Assembly: GCA_040766985.1 (NCBI GenBank)
Contig: JAXGPL010000014.1
Span: forward strand, 8,239-72,238
Reading direction: 5' to 3'
Source of the DNA: Bacillota bacterium
GTDB taxonomy: Bacteria; Bacillota; Sulfobacillia; JAUYEG01
DNA: 64,000 nucleotides
Each line of letters begins with the position of its first letter. Position 1 is the stretch's first letter. Under the pieces are notes generated by a model, which saw nothing but the letters and a program-made list of their open reading frames with translations, was not told the origin of the DNA and did not search any database. A program made the translations under genes and the position numbers. This document shows, piece by piece, positions 59,384-64,000 of this stretch.

Positions 59384-60367
59384 GTGTCTGAAGCCAGGGT
59401 GATTCTCGGCCCTTCCGGCCCGACTGTGTCCCGGCTCTGCATCGGAACGCTCACGGTGGGCCCGCTGCAGCGGGACCTTAATCCCCAGAGCGCCGCCGAG
59501 CTCTATCACGCCGCCTGGGAGGCCGGGATCAACTTTTTCGACACTGCCCAGATCTACGGGACATACCCGCACCTTCGCGCCTTCCTGCGGCGTGTGCCCC
59601 GCCAAAGCGTCGTAATCGCTTCGAAGGCCTATGCTGCGGAAGCCTCCGACATGCGCGCCGCCGTAGAGGAAGCCCTGGCCGCGCTTGACACTCATTACAT
59701 TGATCTCTTTCTGCTGCATGAGCAGGAGTCGGCGCACACCCTTCGCGGCCACCGGCAGGCCCTGCTTGAACTGGTTAGGCTCAAGGAGCGAGGGATTGTG
59801 CGCGCAGTGGGCCTATCGACGCACCACGTAAGCGGTGTGCGCGCCGGAGCCGCCGAACCGCTCGTCGACGTGATCCACCCGCTTCTTAACCTCAAGGGCC
59901 TCGGTATCAGGGACGGGAGTGCGACCGATATGGTTCAGGCGATCACCACCGCCTGTCAGATGGGCAAGGGCATATATGCCATGAAACCGCTCGGAGGCGG
60001 ACACCTCGCAGTAAAAGCGCAGGAAGCCCTTGCCTTCATCCGCGACATCCCATATATTCATGCCGTAGCGCTCGGGGTCGGCAACCTGGATGAACTGGCT
60101 TTTGCTGTTCGGGTCATGGCCCGCCGGGAAATTCCCCGCGAGTTGACGGAGCGGCTCGGCGAATGCACGCGGGCGGTTGCCGTCGAGCCGTGGTGCACCG
60201 GATGCGGGCGGTGCGTAAAGGCCTGCCACCAAGGTGCACTTACAGTGCGCGGCGGCCGGGCCGTCGTCGACGCGGCCCTGTGCATTCTCTGTGGATACTG
60301 CGCTGCGGCGTGTCCCGGTTTCCACATCAAGGTGGTGCAAAAAGACCACGCGGGTTCTCGCTCTTGA
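59384..60367 (+). CDS. Aldo/keto reductase fused to a C-terminal 4Fe-4S ferredoxin-type domain
   Basis: LCIGTLTVG...INFFDTAQIYG...IDLFLLHE...RAVGLSTH is the AKR core. The C-terminus has CTGCGRCVKAC and CILCGYCAAACP clusters. The start is GTG 59384 or GTG 59399. Confidence 0.75.
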   Translation: MSEARVILGPSGPTVSRLCIGTLTVGPLQRDLNPQSAAELYHAAWEAGINFFDTAQIYGTYPHLRAFLRRVPRQSVVIASKAYAAEASDMRAAVEEALAALDTHYIDLFLLHEQESAHTLRGHRQALLELVRLKERGIVRAVGLSTHHVSGVRAGAAEPLVDVIHPLLNLKGLGIRDGSATDMVQAITTACQMGKGIYAMKPLGGGHLAVKAQEALAFIRDIPYIHAVALGVGNLDELAFAVRVMARREIPRELTERLGECTRAVAVEPWCTGCGRCVKACHQGALTVRGGRAVVDAALCILCGYCAAACPGFHIKVVQKDHAGSRS

Positions 60368-60803
60368 CCCAGGCACCAAGCGTCTCGGCCTGGCCCTGTC
60401 CGATCCCCTCGGTGTGGCGGTCCGGGCTATGAAGCCGTTGGATGCCGGCGTGGGCTACGTGCGGCTCGCCGAAGAGATCAAGCGGCTTGTCGCGGAGCAT
60501 GGTGTCGGGGTCGTTGTTGTCGGCCTCCCCCGCAACATGGATGGTTCCGAAGGGGCCGGCGCACGCATGGCCCGCCGCCTTGCCGAGCACATCCGGGCAT
60601 ACGTCGGCGGAGTTAAGGTCATTCTGCATGACGAGCGGTTGACGACGGTGATGGCGGAGCGCGCCCTTCTGGAGGCCGATCTTACCAGGGCCCACCGGCG
60701 CAGACTAATCGATGGTCAGGCAGCCGTGATCCTACTGACGGATTATCTCAAGTCGGCCCCCACGCGGGGCCAACCGGCCGCGCCCGAAGGCGCGGAGATT
60801 GGA
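60340..60803 (+). CDS. ruvX: Holliday junction resolvase-like nuclease RuvX (YqgF); no stop codon before the next domain
   Basis: RVLALDPGTKRLGLALSD, GLPRNMDGSEG, HDERLTT and DGQAAVILLTDYL are present. No canonical start is in frame near 60340; an indel in the CAAAAAG run is suspected. The frame continues uninterrupted into the DUF1292 segment. Confidence 0.7.
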
Positions 60804-61217
60804 GTGAGCGTAGTGCCCAGCGAAGACCGCGAAGACATCGTCATCTTAACCGACGACGAGGGCAACGAGGTGGAATTTCTGTTCCTGGATGCGTTTACCG
60901 TTCAAGACCGCCGGTACGCCGTACTTGTGCCGCTCGAGGGCACGGACGACGAAGACGAAGAGGGCGAGGAAGACGCCATCGAGGGCAGCGAGGCCATGAT
61001 CTTCCGTCTTGAGGAAGATGGCAACGGCGACGAGGTCTTCGTCGAGATCGAGGACGACGACGAGTGGGCCGAGGTCACTGCGGCCTGGGAAGACCTCCAG
61101 GACGAGGATCTCGAGGAGGAAGAGGAAGACGAAGACTCCGAGGCTGACGAAGAGGTCCTCGGTGACGACGATGACGAGGACGAAGAGGACGACCGGCCGC
61201 GGGGCGGCGGGCGGTAG
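60804..61217 (+). CDS. DUF1292 (YrzB-like) protein with an extreme acidic tail
   Basis: A possible internal start is GTG 60804, with GGAG 6 nt upstream. IVILTDDEGNEVEFLFLDAFTVQDRRYAVLVP...MIFRLEEDGNGDEVFVEIEDDDEWAEV is the DUF1292 pattern. About 50 residues follow that are almost entirely D/E. Confidence 0.65.
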   Translation: MSVVPSEDREDIVILTDDEGNEVEFLFLDAFTVQDRRYAVLVPLEGTDDEDEEGEEDAIEGSEAMIFRLEEDGNGDEVFVEIEDDDEWAEVTAAWEDLQDEDLEEEEEDEDSEADEEVLGDDDDEDEEDDRPRGGGR

Positions 61218-61273
61218 GGGAGTCTAGACTGCCTCTCCCCAGTGCACCTGCAGGGCCAGGCCCGCAGGACAGG

Positions 61274-62513
61274 GTGCAGTACCTGGCGGCGCGTATCTCA
61301 CGGTGGGCCGCCGATCTGGCCGCCCGGACGCGCACGCAGGTACGAGCCTTCGCGGCGCGGCTCGCGCCCCGCGTGAGTCAGTGGGCGGGGGCGTTGCGGG
61401 ATGTGATCTCCGGTTTCGTGCGCCGGCTCCGAGGTATGGCGCCGCCTGGGCGCGTCCCTTTCGGCAGCGCGGGGCAGGGAAGCCAGACGGCCCCTGCCGT
61501 GGTGGCGGCGGCCCAGGTTCTGGGCTGGAGTCGCTCTGGCCGGGGTCTTGGCGACCGCAGTCTGGCTTGTCACCTTCGGGCCGGTGCGGCCCGGTGACGA
61601 CAAGACAGTCGAGTTATACATAGCCCCGGGGCAGACTACTACCCGCATCGGCGCGGATCTTGCCTCCCTCGGGTTGGTGCGCAATCCCGGGCTTTTCCGC
61701 ATCTGGGTGCAGGTTACCGGCAACGCCGGCAAGCTGAAGGCCGGTGAGTACCAGCTCTCGCGCAGTATGAGCGTCCCCCGCATCGCGGCCAAGCTGGCCC
61801 GGGGCCAGGTCAAGCTGTACCCGGTGACGATCCCGGAAGGCTACAACGTCGCTGAGATCACCCAGACGCTCATCGCCAAGGGCTTTGCTGACCGGGACCG
61901 TTTGACCCAGGCCCTTGCCACGATCGCCACGAACGGCACGCTGCCCGCCGAGTTGCAGCCGGAGCGGCCCGCGCAGGTCAAGCAGTCTTTGGAAGGTTTC
62001 CTTTTCCCCGATACGTATAGCTTTCACCGCGGCATCACCGAGGTGGAGATCCTGCGGGCGATGGCCAACCGGTTCAAGGCCGCTCTCACTCCGGATATGA
62101 AGGAGAGGGCGGCTGAGCTTGGCATGTCGATCAACGAGGTCGTCACCTTGGCCTCAATCATAGAAAAGGAAGCCCGCAAGGAGGAAGAGCGCGCCGTCAT
62201 CTCGGGGGTTTTCCACAACCGGCTGCGGCTCAGGATGGCGCTCCAGTCCTGCGCAACGGTGCGGTACGTGATGAAGGATCCCGCCGGCCCGATAACGGAT
62301 CGCGAGATGGCGATGGACGACGTGTACAACACTTACGTGTATCCGGGGCTGCCTCCGGGCCCGATCTGCTCGCCCGGCCTGGCGTCCATCCATGCCGCGC
62401 TCTATCCGGAGCAGACCGACTACCTCTACTTCTGCGCCAAGCCGGATGGGAGCCACGCGTTCGCACGCACCCTCGCCGAGCACAACGCCAACGTCCGCAA
62501 GTACCTGCAGTAA
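61274..62513 (+). CDS. mltG: Endolytic murein transglycosylase MltG (YceG-like); N-terminal region frameshifted, start uncertain
   Basis: 61548-62513 encodes a TM (AVWLVTFG). It also carries the LysM-like segment (IAPGQTTTRIGADLASLGLVRN), IPEGYNV, EGFLFPDTY, ASIIEKEA, YNTYVYPGLPPGPICSPG and YLYFCA. Upstream RRPRFWAGVALAGVL is readable only after a frame change near 61440-61550. Confidence 0.8.
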
Positions 62514-62555
62514 CCCAACCGCAAATAGACCAGGCAGTTGCTTGAACGGACGTGC

Positions 62556-62610
62556 ACGACCTTCAGGAGGTCCGCATAGAGTGATTGGGCGGCCGGCGGG
62601 GCGCCGGCCG
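62556..62610 (+). promoter_or_regulatory. Candidate mother-cell (sigma-E/K type) promoter and 5'-UTR hairpin of sigK
   Basis: AC (62556-62557), a 17-nt spacer, then CATAgagT (62575-62582), fitting the AC-N16/17-CATAnnnT pattern. It is followed by a perfect hairpin CGGCCGGCG-ggg-CGCCGGCCG (62590-62610). Confidence 0.25.
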
Positions 62611-62648
62611 ATAAACTGCCCTTCGCGGGCCCGGGGAGAGGTCTTCAG

Positions 62649-63356
62649 TTGATATTCGCGGCCTTCTGGACGTTCATCCTCAGCATATTCGGGACCATCG
62701 CGGGTTACCTCAACAACGCCGGCACGTTCCCGCAGCCACTGTCCGAGGCCGACGAGGCAAAGTACCTCAAGCTCATGGCCGAGGGGAGCAAAGCGGCGCG
62801 GGACACCCTGATCGAGCACAACCTGCGGTTGGTGGCCCACGTGGTCAAGAAGTTCGACAACACCGGGGAGGACCCCGACGACCTGATCTCCACAGGGACG
62901 ATCGGACTGATCAAGGGCATCAGGACCTTTAACCCCAAATACGGCACGCGCCTTGCGACCTACGTCGCACGGTGCATCGAAAACGAGATCTTAATGTTCC
63001 TGCGCAGCAAGAAGCGGGTGCGCTCAGAGGTGTTCCTGTATGACCCGATCGGAGTCGACAGGGAGGGCAACGAAATCACTCTGACGGATGTGCTGGGCAC
63101 CGACCCCGATATCGTCCCCGATACAGTCGATACCATTTGCCGGCAAAAAAGCGTCCGCAGCAAACTCCTGTCCCTTGGCCGGCGTGAGCGCACCGTCATC
63201 GAGCTCCGTTACGGGCTGAGCAGTGGGGTCAAGAAGACACAGCGCGAAATCGCGCGGCTACTTGGCATCTCGCGGTCCTACGTCTCGCGGATTGAGAAAC
63301 GGGCCGTCAGCAAACTGACCCAGGAACTCGGCCCGCGGGCCGCAGCTCAGGACTGA
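62649..63356 (+). CDS. sigK: RNA polymerase sporulation sigma factor SigK (pro-sigma-K), uninterrupted
   Basis: 235 aa with a GGAGAGG RBS before TTG 62649. The pro-sequence plus [71 protein letters not shown] closely parallels B. subtilis SigK (YVKNNAFPQPL...[21 protein letters not shown]). Region 4 reads [23 protein letters not shown]. Confidence 0.85.
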   Translation: [235 protein letters not shown]

Positions 63357-64000
63357 CCGGTCCGGTCCGCAACCAGCGGAGCCGCAGCCGGTGCACCCGG
63401 CCCACCCGGCGCGGCTCCTTTTGCGTGCAGATCCTGAAGCGCGTAGACCGCGACCTGCTTGCCGTCGATCTGCCCCTCCAAAACCCCCAGCAAGGCTGCG
63501 GCAGTATCGAGTGACGTCAGGCAGGCGACGTTGTGCTCCACCGACGATCGCCTGATGCGGAAGCCGTCCCGCTGTGGATCGCGGCCCCTGGTCAGGGTGT
63601 TAAGAACGAGGTCGACCTTGCGTGCCTGAATCAGATGCAGCAGGTTGGGGCTTTTCTCCCTGATCTTGGCCACGACCTCGGCTTCCACCCCGCTGCCGGC
63701 AAGCGCTGCCGCCGTACCCGCAGTCGCGTAACTGCGCCAGCCGAGTGCCGCAAACCGCTTGAGTACCGGTAGTGCCTCCGGCTTGTCCTTGTCCGCTATC
63801 GTCGCCAGGATCGCCCCTGTCCTCCCGACGCGCATGCCCGCTGCGGCGAACGCTTTGTGCAGGGCTTCGGAGACGTTTTGGCCGATACCCATCACTTCAC
63901 CGGTGGACTTCATCTCCGGGCCCAGGGAGATGTCGACGTCCAAGAGCTTGCTGAAGCTGAACACCGGCGCCTTGGCCCCGTAGACGTTGGGTTCGGGGAA
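63347..64000 (-). CDS. carB: Carbamoyl-phosphate synthase large subunit, C-terminal part (runs off the window)
   Basis: The minus-strand frame is open to position 64000. FPEPNVYGAKAPVFSFSKLLDVDISLGPEMKSTGEVMGIG is followed by the MGS-like allosteric domain (ILATIADKDKPEALPVLKRFAALGW...LVLNTL). The stop overlaps the sigK 3' end. Confidence 0.85.
   Translation of the reverse strand, partial: FPEPNVYGAKAPVFSFSKLLDVDISLGPEMKSTGEVMGIGQNVSEALHKAFAAAGMRVGRTGAILATIADKDKPEALPVLKRFAALGWRSYATAGTAAALAGSGVEAEVVAKIREKSPNLLHLIQARKVDLVLNTLTRGRDPQRDGFRIRRSSVEHNVACLTSLDTAAALLGVLEGQIDGKQVAVYALQDLHAKGAAPGGPGAPAAAPLVADRTGQS

Noticed and set aside
1-64000. Mobile elements, prophage, integrase or transposase, toxin-antitoxin, restriction-modification or known defence systems; rRNA; additional tRNAs
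   Set aside because: No transposase or integrase motifs, terminal inverted repeats, phage structural genes or rRNA-like sequence were seen while reading both strands. The only T-arm-like GGTTCGATTCC motif belongs to tRNA-Sec. Absence is based on inspection by eye, not on searches.

Overview
This is a high-GC chromosomal segment (by eye about 68-70 % GC) with Firmicutes-type housekeeping synteny. One block runs secD-secF, then recJ-relA-dtd and an MBL hydrolase. A second runs hisS-aspS, a 6S-like RNA candidate, ltaE-rarA, Rrf2(cymR/iscR)-nifS-nifU, an AI-2E permease, a T-box leader with alaS, ireB, then ruvX-DUF1292-mltG-sigK, convergent with the 3' end of carB. An intact pro-sigma-K gene suggests a spore-former of the Symbiobacterium / Thermaerobacter / Limnochordia type; this taxonomic placement is inference only. 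The left half is more accessory. It holds an MlrC-like peptidase, TetR plus a flavoprotein, folC, a DUF2229/HgdB-like protein with a BcrA/HgdC-type activase, a GNAT, the beta and gamma subunits of a Na+-decarboxylase, a radical SAM enzyme, a serine hydrolase, a reverse rubrerythrin, a GT4 glycosyltransferase, dat, hpt, a DapA-family protein plus a class-V aminotransferase, an orphan GlmL/MutL-like ATPase pair, and trxB-trxA-tRNA(Sec)-selB. I found no rRNA, CRISPR array, IS element or transposase, prophage, or recognisable defence system. The items most worth a second look are: (1) a six-copy ~102-bp tandem array seeded by a 23-bp inverted repeat over the activase stop codon; (2) a four-copy ~50-bp tandem repeat that truncates selB, each unit carrying UGA plus a hairpin; (3) a translationally coupled three-gene cassette (ChlI-like AAA+, unknown protein, wHTH-vWA) inserted between secF and recJ; (4) the GlmL-like ATPase plus a 501-aa barrel/KOW-like partner. 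Major caveat: indels (frameshifts) occur in tight patches and hit essential genes (aspS, alaS, secF). Many apparent pseudogenes are therefore probably consensus errors, and repeat copy numbers need read-level confirmation. All family assignments rest on motif recognition by eye; no searches were run.
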